From assembly GCF_001194135.2 (NCBI RefSeq), contig NC_068997.1, forward strand, positions 50,456,583-50,520,582: a DNA stretch of 64,000 nucleotides. Direction: 5' to 3'. Under the pieces are notes generated by a model. It saw only the letters and a program-made list of their open reading frames with translations, did not search any database and had not been told where the DNA came from. Source of the DNA: Octopus bimaculoides (Eukaryota). A program made the position numbers and the translations under genes. The number at the start of each line of letters is the position of its first letter. Within the stretch, counting starts at the first letter, position 1. Below, one piece after another: positions 37,057 to 50,122 of the stretch.

Positions 37057-38646
37057 CATTCTAGTGATGACCAACCTGCAATAGTTACACGGATGGAATC
37101 TCTAAAACTATCATATCAAATATCTATTTCCTTGCTTTTTCAAGGCATAGTGTACCCTAGACTACATTAGCCATTGTGACCTTTATATGTTAGTAGAGTC
37201 AATAATGATGATGATGATCATCATCGTTATTTACAACCATCATGTGATGGCAAGATGAGAAAGCACAAACACACACTAATATACACTCACTCTTATCAAC
37301 ACACACACACACGATGCTATTTTAGTATCCTGATACCTGCACCCATCAACTCATCATCTACACACACATATATACATATGTGTTCAGGGACACACACATA
37401 TATATATATATATATGTGATAATTCCATAATATTAAGGAACAGATTATAAAAAAATGTTAGTGCAACTGTTTCTGGTCAAGGGTATGATAAAAGCCCCTA
37501 GTTACAGGACTATTTCAAGATCAGTTATTTCAGTTGAAGGGTCACCCAGGTATTGAAGAATGAACTTAGTCAGAATGTGATCAGAGGCGGCAAAATAAAA
37601 ATACACCTGCTATTTCCATCAGGTACAAGAGGAAATAGGAAACCCAGAGCATAAACAAAGAGAGGAAAACATATGGTGGATTGTTTTAGAGGCGCGTATT
37701 GTAAACATTGTTCAGAGTTTATTGTCTTTTGTTTGCTGGTGTATTTAGTTTCAATATTTATAGAGATCCTAATTGGTAGAGCTGGTAGAATTAGTAGCAT
37801 GCTGAACAAAATGCACAGTGACATTTCATCCGTCTTTATGAACTGGGTTCAAATACCAAGTTCAGCTTTATCCTTCATCCTTTTTTTTTTTTGGTGGGCG
37901 GTGGGTGGGGTCGATAAAATAAGAATCAGTTGAACGTTGGAGACAGTGTAATTGACTTACCCTCTCTCTCGAAATTGCTGGCCTTGTGCCAAAATTTGAG
38001 TGTTCGGCCTCACAGAGGCAAGGTGGCTGAGTTCCTTTTGAATGGGCCTCATAGAGACGAGGTGACTGAGTTCCTTTCGAGCTGTGGGCCTCATGGAGGC
38101 AAGTGGCCAAGCTCCTTTCGAGTGTTGGGCCTCATGGAGGCAATAACCAAGACCTGTGGCATTATATCGTGCTTGAGAAGACCCATCAAGCCAAGCAAAA
38201 TTGCAGTCGTGGAAAATACCAGTGCCATGCTAATGGCACCCATAAGCACCCATTACATCATGTTAAGTGGTTGGCATTAGGAAGGGCATCCAGCTGTAGA
38301 GACCATGCCAAAGCAGACACAGAATCTGACAGAAACCTCTGGCTTGCCCAACACATCTGAGACCATCTCTACTCTGTCGACATGGTTCAGAGACAAGCCA
38401 AGATATCTAGTGCCAATGTGGATCATAGGTTCAGGAATGTGAGAGTGCCAGGATTTCAAGTGTAAGCAAAAGATCCCCAAAATGTCCAATGCCATTTCCT
38501 GCATATCTGAATATCTGGTTTTTATATCAGTAGACCTTCTCCAAGAGACATGCTAGCTACCTCTCTCTCTCTCTCTCTCTCTGTCAATATATATATATAT
38601 ATATATACAGAGAGAGAGAGAGAGATACACACACAAACCCACACAT

Positions 38647-38692
<46 letters not shown>

Positions 38693-38894
38693 ACACACAC
38701 ACACACACACACATGTTTGTTTCCTGTGTCTCTTTTAATCATAAGATAGTGAAGTGTCTAGAATACTGCCTCAGTCTTTGATCANNNNNNNNNNGTGTCT
38801 AGAATACTGCCTCAGTCTTTGATCACCTGATGTCTGATTGAGTCAGAGTGACTGTTGTGAATAATCCATAATGGCATCTTTCACTACAAACACA

Positions 38895-38944
<50 letters not shown>

Positions 38945-39829
38945 GTGTGTGTGTATGTGTGTGCGTGTGTGTGTGTATGTGTGTAGTTGTCATGTAGTAA
39001 TTTTGGGTGCAGTGTGTGCAATCTGGCAAACACACACACTGCAGTGACTCATAGAACCAACACACGAGACATGTCAACCTACAATACTGAGGTCAAGGAC
39101 TGCATCACATTTTGCAATTTCAAGTGTTGTTGTTGCTGTTGCTGAGGTCATACCATTTCTGACAAAGCAGACCTGAGATCAAAGATGCTCTACACATGAC
39201 CATCCTGTCTTTTACTAAGACAAAAGGAGATTGTCACTAGTGATTTCATGGTGTCTTGTCGATGCTGCAGTGGTCACTGGTTGACCTAATGAATGAAAAA
39301 AATGCTTCCTGGGCTGCATGAAGTGGCAACTGAATAAACCCCTCAAACAGTTAACAGAAGAATGTATTGTCATACATTAAAACAATCCATGTTGGTCATT
39401 TACAGTTGGCAACAGCAACATGTGGTTTGCCGAACACATCTGAAAACAACTGAGCTATCTTCAATGGTGACAGAGGTTCTTGGTCATCTATCTGTGTTTA
39501 TTTCAGATATTCTCATTTTAAAATTCATCTCTGGCTAATCGTTGGGAGGACATTGGTGTTGCCTTGGCAAAGGCTCGCGTTCTCTGAGTGCTCTTGTTTA
39601 TCATGCTTTAAGGCAGTAAGCTGGCAAACTCGATACCGCACTGGGCAAAATGCTTAATGGTATTTCATCTGTCTTTATGTTCTAAGCTCAAATTTTACCA
39701 AGGTCGACTTCACCTTTTATCCTTTCAGGGTCAATAAATTAAGTACCAGTGACACAATAGGGTCCAAGTAATCAACTAGTTCCCTCCCCAAAAATTTCAA
39801 ACCTTGTGCTTTTAGTAGAAAGGATTACT

Positions 39830-40563
39830 TCTGCTGGCGACAAAGGGACTCTCACTCAGGGTAAAAGGCAGACTGTATGACGCATGTGTACGAACAGCCA
39901 TGCTACATGGCAGTGAAACATGGGCTGTGACTGCTGAGGACATGCGTAAGCTCGCAAGGAATGAAGCCAGTATGCTCCGCTGGATGTGTAATGTAAATGT
40001 GCATACCCGTCAGAGTGTAAGTATCTTGAGAGAAAAGCTGAACATAAGAAGCGTCAGTAGTGGTGTGCAAGAGAGACGATTGCGCTGGTTTGGACATGTG
40101 GTGAGAATGAATGANNNNNNNNNNNNNNNNNNNNNNNNNNNNNNNNNNNNNNNNNNNNNNNNNNNNNNNNNNNNNNNNNNNNNNNNNNNNNNNNNNNNNN
40201 NNNNNNNNNNNNNNNNNNNNNNNNNNNNNNNNNNNNNNNNNNNNNNNNNNNTGGAAATGTGCTGTGCGTGAGAAGACCCGGCAAGCCAAGTGAGATCGTT
40301 GCCAGTGCCCCTGGACTGGCTCTTGTGCGGGTGGCACATAAAAGACACCATTTCGAGCGTGGCCGTTTTCGTGCGGGTGACACGTAAAAGCACCCACTAC
40401 ACTCTGAGTGGTTGGCGTTAGGAAGGGCATCCAGCTGTAGAAACTCTGCCAAATTAGATTGGAGCCTGGTGTAGCCATCTGGTTGCACCAGTCCTCAGTC
40501 AAATCGTCCAACCCATGCTAGCATGGAAAGCGGACGTTAAACGATGATGATGATGATGATGAT
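39830..40563 (+). mobile_element. 5'-truncated RTE LINE (ORF end, gap, 3' UTR, (GAT)n tail)
   Basis: MLHGSETWAVTAEDMRKLARNEASMLRWMC...QERRLRWFGHVVRM is typical of the RTE ORF C-terminus; ends GGACGTTAAAC(GAT)n. Confidence 0.92.
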
Positions 40564-40939
40564 TAATATTATGATGATAATGTTTTGATTGGCACACACT
40601 GTATCTGTATCATAAATTACTGTCATGCTGACAGGTTTTATTGGTCAGTTCATTGGTGGCTTTGTTTCCATTGGTCAGCTGTATCCGTTACTCTAAACTG
40701 TTTTCCAGCTGGCATCAGTTCATTGGTTGTTTTGTTCACCATTGGTCAATTCCTTATTTTGTTCGACCTATCTGGTGTCGCTAACCAATGTTATTCTGCT
40801 ACTGTACATTTTTTTACAATGAGTTTGATCTACTGGCATTTTACCAGCTCATAATGTATCCTGTTTCTTCAAATTGTAATTGATTGTTTTCATGTCCCTC
40901 CTCCTCCTCCTTCTTCTTCAACCAGCTACAACCAAGAGG

Positions 40940-41420
40940 CATCTCACAATACTGTGTCAGGAATATCTGAATAACTGTCTACCCATTAGCATTGGTAGAT
41001 CCTCAATTCCTTGTCTCGTATGTCTCTGACAATAACATCAATTAGTTTAGTGGTCTTTATTCCCTGATACAATCTCCAGAATACAATATCTGACACCCCC
41101 TGTTGTTCAGTATGATAGCATTGACCAGCAAAGCCTACCCTTCATTTACCAACAGTAATAAAGATGGGTAAAATGTATCCATAAATCTTTGCCTTGACAT
41201 TTTGCTCACACTGGGAGATGTTTCGAGCCCCCTTTGTGATGAGCCTGGCTTACATATCACCAAGGCAATCTTGAAACTCCTTCTTCATAATTTGAGTTTC
41301 GGCTGCATAGAGAAGAATGCTCTCTACATGTTCTATCTGATGTCACAAAATGTCCTGTTCCTCCTTCCGTTGATTGTTATTATAGAGAGCGAATATAGCA
41401 TTTTCTAAGAGTTCCTAAAT
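40940..41420 (-). mobile_element. Old LINE reverse-transcriptase fragment
   Basis: Only a degenerate match to the RPISLLxxxGK motif near 41145-41170; heavily decayed. Confidence 0.35.
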
Positions 41421-42682
41421 TGGTTTAAAAGAACAAGGTCTCAGATCAAACAAGTGTAACCCCCATATATCATCATCATCATCATCATCATCATCACCAC
41501 TACCTCCTTCTGTCGGTTGTTGTTATATTTCTCTAAACTATATGTAACTACCTCCTGATGTTACTAAATACTATTATCATTGCATTTTCTTTCCCACTGA
41601 TTGATCTATTGGTTATTTTATCAGTTCAATGTTGTATCTGATTTGTGTGTCTTATCAGAAATTTATCCTGTTTTTAATTCAAACCAGTTGTCATTGTTGT
41701 CATTGTCTCAGTCTCGGGGGCTTTTAGTGTTGTGAATTACAAGGCAACCTTACTAGTGCTGGTACCACAGACACAAAGCACTCAGTACACTCTGCCTAGT
41801 AGTTGGTGTTTGGAAGGGCACCCAGCTGTTGAAACCATGCCAAAAGCACACTTCTAACTCATTGGATCCTATAGAAACATCTAACACATGCCAGCAGGGA
41901 TGATAGATATGAAATGATTTTATGTCCACCTACCAAACTGGCATGGGTTGGACAGATTGTCATGATCTCAATCAGTTCTTATTTGGAATTGCTACCCTCC
42001 TAGATGAGTCAGATGACCACATATCCATCTTATGTCTCATTTTTGGCACTATTTCTTCAATGAGATGCATGTTATCATAGCACCAGCACTAGATGGGGTC
42101 ATGTTCTCGGCAAGATTAAAGATTGATCACAGAGAGAGAAGCAGAGCATGATGGGAGAAAGAGACAGATATGCAGCTAAATATGGGTTGCTGGTAAGGAT
42201 TCTGAATAGAAAAACCATATAAAGAGTGAGATGGGGGATAAAGGGGTTATAGGAAGGGATAGGGTCATAGATGTAAGGAAAGTGATGCTGTATTAGTAAA
42301 GGTGTATCATACTAAATATTGACCAGGGAAACATTGCTATTTGTATTTTGGTAAACTGTTTGCAGCTTCTCAGTTTGTTTCATCATAAAATGGATTTCTT
42401 GTTTTGTATCTACCTCACCAATTGCAATATAAAACTTTATTTTTATCAGTATTTTCAAGACTGGATATACATGTTGATGCAAAAACATATCAGGCAATGA
42501 ACCAGTAATTCATTGGATATCACTGTCCCTAATGAGGCTATTTTCACCTCTAAATGAAAGTATGTATATATATATAAGGATGCGTTATAATACTGTTCCA
42601 CATATACAAGAACAGCCATACCAACAATTCAACATACATCCATCATCAGCTGCCCCACGGATATCATTACGATTTGTATGTA

Positions 42683-42733
<51 letters not shown>

Positions 42734-43614
42734 NNNNNNNNNNNNNNNNNNNNNNNNNNNNNNNNNNNNNNNNNNNNNNNNNNNNNNNNNNNNNNNNNNN
42801 NNNNNNNNNNNNNNNNNNNNNNNNNNNNNNNNNNNNNNNNNNNNNNNNNNNNNNNNNNNNNNNNNNNNNNNNNNNNNNNNNNNNNNNNNNNNNNNNNNNN
42901 NNNNNNNNNNNNNNNNNNNNNNNNNNNNNNNNNNNNNNNNNNNNNNNNNNNNNNNNNNNNNNNNNNNNNNNNNNNNNNNNNNNNNNNNNNNNNNNNNNNN
43001 NNNNNNNNNNNNNNNNNNNNNNNNNNNNNNNNNNNNNNNNNNNNNNNNNNNNNNNNNNNNNNNNNNNNNNNNNNNNNNNNNNNNNNNNNNNNNNNNNNNN
43101 NNNNNNNNNNNNNNNNNNNNNNNNNNNNNNNNNNNNNNNNNNNNNNNNNNNNNNNAATATATGTGTGTGTGTGTGTGCGTGCGTGCATGTATTTATAGGA
43201 CTATATATACATATATAATTATATATACATACATGATTACACAAATACACACACACACACACACACAGAAACAGAGAGATGTGTGTATACACAACAAACC
43301 ATCATGCAGAATCTTTTAGAAAGAAAACAGAAAAAGATAATGAATGTGTGATGGTATATTAGGGAGCTGGTGGCAGCAACAGTGGTAGTAGTGGTGGTGG
43401 TGGGTGTGGTGGTTGTGGGTGTGGTGGTTGTGAGGGTGGTGGTGGCAGTGGTGATGTTGGTGGCAATGGTGGTTGTAATTGACACACCCATAAGCAATAT
43501 TAACAAAACATCTCCAATTACCTCTCGAACAGATAGCAGGAACTGACCTGCCTACATTATTGTTACCATTATAACGATAATCAGGTTATTAGCTAGAAGG
43601 AATGCTTTCTTCAG

Positions 43615-43650
<36 letters not shown>

Positions 43651-43920
43651 AATGTGCACGTATATGGTTACATAAAAACATATGCACAGCTAACATACAC
43701 ATGGCCACGAAGACACTAATACAAACATATACAGTTAGACAGCTACATAGACAATTACACATATGCACGCATACAACCATATATACAACCCCCCCCACAC
43801 ACACACACACATACACAGATCTGCACATATATACATACACATACACACATTTATATTGATTGACAGCTTTGTTCCAGCTACTTGTTGCCTCTGAGATTTC
43901 TATTTGGGGGGAAGAAAAAA

Positions 43921-44380
43921 GAAATCTAATTCACTCCTAAGGAGGACACAAGAAGAAGAAGGAGGAGAAAGAGAAGGAGGAGAAGAAGAAGAAGAATTGG
44001 AAGAAGAAGAAGAAGAAGAAGGAAGAAGAAGAAGAAGAAGAAGGAAGAAGAAGGAAGAAGAAGAAGGAAGAAGATCTAATTCACTCCTAAGGAGGACACA
44101 GCAAGAAGAAAAGAAGGAGGAGGAAGAGGAGGTGGAGGAGAAGAAGAAATCTAATTCACTCCTAAGGAGGACACAGGAGGAGGAGGAGAAGAAGAAGGAG
44201 GAGGAGGAGGAGAAGAAGAAGAAGGAGAAGCAGAAATCTAATTCACTTCTAAGGAGGACAAGAGAAGAAGAAAAAGAAGGAGGAGGAGGAGAAGGAAAAG
44301 AAGGAGGAGGAGAAGAAGAAGAAGAAGAAGAAGAAGAAGAAGAAGAAGAAGAAGAAGAGCAACAACAACAACAACAATAA
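43921..44380. repeat. Compound repeat: four 27-29-bp conserved units separated by (GAA/GGA)n
   Basis: AAATCTAATTCACTCCTAAGGAGGACACA-like units at 43922, 44072, 44147 and 44234. Confidence 0.9.
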
Positions 44381-44861
44381 TACCAGCAATGATTTCATTT
44401 CAAAGTAACAGAGATGTTATGGAACAGAATGAAGAATGGAGAAAAAGGATAGAAGAAGAGCAAGGAAGAATGAAATGCAGGAAAGAATGAGAGCAGAGAA
44501 GGAGAACAAAGAAGGAAAGTGAAGAAGGAGAATAAGAAGAAGAAGAACAGAAACAAAATCAAACCATTTGTAAGAACTGGCTTAAGAAATGAAGATGGTA
44601 GCATCATATGTGCAACGTGTGTAGGCGTAAGTGTGCACACACATTCATTCGTACATATACACATATACATACATGTAGTATAGAAATCAATGAATAAAAA
44701 CTAATTACTATATATGAAATTTAATAATACAGAAAACATTAAAGAAGACTGGTGCCAGATGTGTGTGTGTGTGTGTGCGTGCGTGTGTGTTTTCACTCAT
44801 TGTCTTTCTTTCACTATGATACGTGTGAATGTATGTATGTGCATTTCTCCCCATCTATGTG

Positions 44862-44911
<50 letters not shown>

Positions 44912-46011
44912 TGTGTTGAGTATGTGTCTTGTGGCCTTGTTGGTTTGTGTGTGTGTGTGACAATAATTTCTTGTGTCCAGGTATGGTGGAAAGTAGCAGT
45001 TACTAACAAGACGAAGACAGAATGGTGGACACACAGACAGACATACATAGCTTTATGCGTACACATCTACATACATAGATACATGCAATGACACGCACCT
45101 ATTTACATATATGAACGATTACATCATGGAAGAATCCTACAAGCCGAGCAAAAACACGCAAAAACTGTTCAATTCACTTTTCGTTCATTTATTAATCATA
45201 CTTTCTTCTATGAAGTCTTGGAAAGTTTCATCGCACTTCGACAACCTGATCCCTTACACAGTTGACCACATGCCTGGCATGGAGTGAAAGTGTGTCGACA
45301 ATCAGGTTATAGACATCTGAGGAAACCTTTTGGCACTTCATGATAGACAGAAATCTTAAGACAAAGGTATAGAAAGTTATTGTAGCAGTTTCTAGGAGTT
45401 TAGCCCCTTAGCATCCAGATTATTCTGTCAAATGCAATGCATATTTATTCACACTTGTTTTAAATTAATCTTAGAGCCTTGAGATTTTTAAAATGACATT
45501 GTAGGATTGGTGTGAAAAGCCAGGCCTGGTTGCTTTAAACACTAAAGGTTTAAATGGTTACTTCATGGATGGAATTGCTTATGATGCTGGTGCCACATTA
45601 AAAGCATACAGTACACTCTGTAATATGTCAACAAGAGAGCCTCTGTGTAATAGGCCACTTCACTAAAAATAGCAGCCAAATGACCCTCAAATCACACTAC
45701 CATCTTGGTACTGTCTAAGAAAATAATAAGTTGGATACTGTGGTTGGTCCTGGTTTTTTTTGAATTATTAGCATTCAGGGGAAAACAGGATGGTCATGGG
45801 GGGAAAGCCTTTAATCGTTAAAACTGCTTAATCAGGACTGGGCTAAGCAACAACAGCAACAACAACATACATCTTCACTAACAAAGTCAACAATTCTTCA
45901 AATTCTTGAATTCCCATTGCTTTTAAGGTAGTCCCCCCCCCCTGCAGGACCTGTCATAATGTTTATTGTGACTGAACAAAGTACAGTTGATCAAATACAA
46001 AGAATGAAGTA

Positions 46012-46323
46012 ACGATAAACGTCGCCCTTTCAAAGCCTAGCCAGGCTCATGGGCCCGGTTTCCCGGTTTCTATGGCGTATGTGTTCCCCCCAGCTGGACG
46101 GGATGCCAGTACATCGCAGCGTTACTCAAGAAACAGGAAGAAAAAGTGAGAGAAAGTTGGGGCGAAAGAGTACAACAGCGGTCGCCACCACCCCCTGCCG
46201 GAGCCTCGTGGAGCTTAGGTGTTTTCGCTCAATAAACACTCACAACGCCCGGTCTGGGAATCGAAACTGCGATCTTCCGACCGCGAGTCCACTGCTCTAA
46301 CCACTGGGCCATTGCGCCTCCAC
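46012..46323 (-). mobile_element. SINE with family C head and a different 3' half
   Basis: Family C head at the right end; 13-bp near-perfect TSD (AAAGAATGAAGTA at 45999-46011, AGAGAATGAAGTA at 46324-46336). Confidence 0.8.
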
Positions 46324-47127
46324 AGAGAATGAAGTACAGAGGACAAAACACAGGGGACAAAGTACAGAGGACCTAGCACAGTGGACAGAACCATGTGGTT
46401 GGGAAGCAAGCTTCTTACCACACTATAAAAATATAACAGGATTTCTTGAACATCAAATGGTTATTAGGGTCCTGTTGAGTAAAATAAAAACCAAAGGGGT
46501 CTATAGGTGAAATATGGTCGAGAAATACTATTGTAGAGGAATAGTGCATTATGCTGATAGCAATAGGGTCATGTAACTGGTTTAAGGAATTTTTCCACCC
46601 ACCACTCCCTGCAATGGAAAGTCCTGAAAAGGGTCAAGGGCACTGTATTTCGTTCCTGACTAAGCAGTAATAAAACGAAACTCTATTTGACTGAAGATCT
46701 TGTAATGATAATAAAGTTGGGTTTTTTTCTTTATGTGTATTATTATTATGTTTTGTAGTAGTTATATTTTTTTTGGTGGAGAATTTAATTGTATTTTATT
46801 TATTTTTTGAAATTGACCTAGAATATCTCATAAACTGAGCAAACTAATATTGATTTGGGAGGAAAATAAAACATTTTGAATGTCAAATCAAATCTATTTC
46901 TGTTCGTTTATAATAATTTAAACAGAAAGATGTATTTTAGCATTTTAGATGTGTGTGTGTGTAAGTAGGAATATGTGAAAAGATGGGGATGTGTGTGCAT
47001 GTAAGTGTATGAGAATGTATGTCTGTGAGAAGATGTATGTCTATGTGTGGTGAGGCATATATATGTCAGTGTTCATCATCATAATATGTATGTGTGTGTG
47101 TGTGCATGTGTGTGTTTTGGCACAGAT

Positions 47128-47517
47128 ATAGCTGTATGGTAAGAAGCTTGTTACAGGCGGCGAGCTGGCAGAATCGTTTGCACGCAGGGCGAAATGCTTA
47201 GCGGTATTTTGTCTGCCGCTATGTTCTGAGTTCAAACACCGCCAAGGTCGACTTTGCCTTTCATCCTTTTGGGGTAGATTAAATAAGTACCAGTTACACA
47301 CTGGGGTCGATATAATCGACTTAATCCCTTTGTCTGTCCTTGTTTGTCCCCTCTATGTGTAGCCCCTTGTGGGCAGTAAAGAAGAAGCTTGTTACTCAGC
47401 CACATGGTTCTGGGTTCAGTCCCACATAGTGGCATCTTGGGCAAGTGTCTTCTACGATGGCCCCAAACCAACCAAAACCTTGTGAATGAAGTTGGTTGAC
47501 AGAAAGAAGCCTATTGT

Positions 47518-47560
<43 letters not shown>

Positions 47561-47760
47561 TCCTGCTACTGCTTCACAACTGGTGTTGGTGTGTTTATGT
47601 CCCTGTAACTTAGTGGTCTGGCAAAAGTGACTGATAGAATAAGTACAAGGATTTTTAAAAAATTAAGTACTGGAATTGATTTAATTGACTAAAAATTTTT
47701 CAAGGAAGTACTCCAGCATGGCCACATTCTAATGACTGAAACAAGTAAACGATAAAAGAT
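47128..47760 (+). mobile_element. SINE family A interrupted by a full-length SINE family D (47155-47381)
   Basis: 14-bp TSD AAGAAGCTTGTTAC (47141-47154, 47382-47395) flanks the D copy; the A head resumes after it. Confidence 0.85.
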
Positions 47761-48700
47761 AAACACAGACACAAAGATATACACACAAATATATATTTGT
47801 GTGTATGTCTTTGTGTCTGTGTTCGTTCACCGTTTCGTTTTCCTGCCTTGTTTTCCGTCCGTCACTATCCTCCACGAAAATGATTTAATTTGTGTTCGTA
47901 GGAAGAACCCTTTCAACGATGCGTACTGCCTTAATTCTTCGAAATGCCGGTGTTTTAATGGTGGCAGCTGATGAAGGAGATGTTTCTATGTGGCTTGCTT
48001 GTTTGTTGTACCTTGTTTATCATTTTGTCCATGTTCTTTTGCCACGTCATGTACCCAGTTATGTATCTATGTGTACATGTGGATGAAGGTATATACATAC
48101 ATGTACATATATATGCATATACTCATATATTGTATATATATATATTANNNNNNNNNNNNNNNNNNNNNNNNNNNNNNNNNNNNNNNNNNNNNNNNNNNNN
48201 NNNNNNNNNNNNNNNNNNNNNNNNNNNNNNNNNNNNNNNNNNNNNNNNNNNNNNNNNNNNNNNNNNNNNNNNNNNNNNNNNNNNNNNNNNNNNNNNNNNN
48301 NNNNNNNNNNNNNNNNNNNNNNNNNNNNNNNNNNNNNNNNNNNNNNNNNNNNNNNNNNNNNNNNNNNNNNNNNNNNNNNNNNNNNNNNNNNNNNNNNNNN
48401 NNNNNNNNNNNNNNNNNNNNNNNNNNNNNNNNNNNNNNNNNNNNNNNNNNNNNNNNNNNNNNNNNNNNNNNNNNNNNNNNNNNNNNNNNNNNNNNNNNNN
48501 NNNNNNNNNNNNNNNNNNNNNNNNNNNNNNNNNNNNNNNNNNNNNNNNNNNNNNNNNNNNNNNNNNNNNNNNNNNNNNNNNNNNNNNNNNNNNNNNNNNN
48601 NNNNNNNNNNNNNNNNNNNCTGGCATCTCGTCAGTTATTAAGACAATCAAAAATGCTATCTGATATTGAGGTCTCATTCATTCTTTTGTTGTCATACCAT

Positions 48701-48737
<37 letters not shown>

Positions 48738-49826
48738 TATAACACTAACTTTAACTATGTTCTTCAAGACGATAGCAGCTCTAAATTATTCACTCTAAAA
48801 CAGTTTGCATAATTGCTTAACCGCGCACAGTTCCAATTACACTGAACAAGACCCAGATAGGTCAAAATAACCATTCTTATTCTCTTGTTGTCAAAGTGCC
48901 ATATGTTCCCTCTCTCTCCCCAGGGGACTTTACACTCACTCACACACACACGCACACATGCTATTAATAATTCAAAGGGCAAGATAACCAATTAACTATA
49001 AATTAACTATTTTAATACGATGGTTGTTTAAAAACTTAAGGAATAATAAATAGGCCTGACATCAAGAGGTTTTAATAGACTGTGTGTGCCTAAGTGCTTT
49101 GCCTAATATTGACTAAACAGACACGAAACTGAAAACCTGTTATGAGCACCAAACAAAAAGTGTTAGATTATTCTGCCAGAGGAATTCTTCACTCATCTTA
49201 CTTACCGAATTATCCAAGATGAATAAAAGAAATATGACTAAAAATAGTTGTTTCTTCCATTAGTTCCCCCCACCCCCCGCTCCTCCTCTTCTTCGTCCTC
49301 CTCCTCTTCCTCCAAACTAGTATTACTAATGTATCACCTGATGGAAATGTAAGTTGTTGCTTGTATCTGTAGTAAGTTACTTTTTGTTGGTAGACTGCCA
49401 GTCACAACAAAGCCTCTACGTATGCACACATGAACACACATACATACAGGCATACTTATATGCAGATACATTTATACATGCATTCACACACATATGGACA
49501 TGCATGTACACACACACATGAATGCATGCATGCATACACACAAGCAAACAAACACAGGTACATACATAAATACATGAATGTAGAGAGGCACATACATACA
49601 TGCATGCAAACATACATTCATTAATACATACATAAGTATGCAGCCCTCTCTCACATGCAAATTCCTCATGATGCTCACATGCAGTCACATGTGCACAGGT
49701 ATGCATGAATAAACAGACACACATGTACAGTAATAGTTACACACACACTCTCAATCAATTTTATTTGACTGCTAATTAATTATTATTAGATGCTTGGAAA
49801 GCAGTTTAAAAGTGAGCTGTGCTATG

Positions 49827-50122
49827 TTACTTCAAGATGGGATAACAAGATGAAAGGAGGTATTGCCGTGAGATGGGCAAACAAACTGAGAGTGTTACCC
49901 CATGAGGTCAGAGGTTGTTACCCCAAGATTGGATAACCAGATGTTAGGGTTTACCCCAATATGGACTAACTAGATGAGAGGGTATTACTCCAAGATGGGT
50001 GAACTTGACATGAGGGTTTGATTTCAAGATGGGATAACTAAGTGAAAGAGGGTTGCCTTGAGATGGGTAAACAAAATGAGAGAATGTCAATGCATGATGG
50101 GATAACTAGACGTAAGGGTGTT
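49827..50122. repeat. Degenerate ~33-36-bp tandem array
   Basis: ~9 units, consensus TTACCCCAAGATGGGATAACTAGATGAGAGGGT. Confidence 0.75.

Noticed and set aside
36931-37170. ORF with an 11-aa repeat (QRSTLIKLTFD) from the 33-bp array
   Set aside because: The frame is broken by a 34-bp unit and a partial unit upstream, it is antisense to PDK, and it has no recognisable domain; better explained as a DNA-level repeat.
38754-38825. Direct repeat of ~31 bp flanking a 10-N gap
   Set aside because: Typical unmerged contig overlap (assembly artefact).
43921-44260. CRISPR array (palindromic 29-bp repeats with spacers)
   Set aside because: Eukaryotic intron; spacers are low-complexity (GAA/GGA)n of very unequal length (121, 46, 58 nt); no cas genes or leader.
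43904-44380. 158-aa E/K-rich ORF as a real gene
   Set aside because: TTG start, antisense within a PDK intron, and the open frame is explained by stop-free triplet repeats.
49200-49235. Donor-like GTAAGT after ...GGATAATTCG as PDK exon 1
   Set aside because: It lies downstream of exon 2 in transcription order and has no PDK-like frame.
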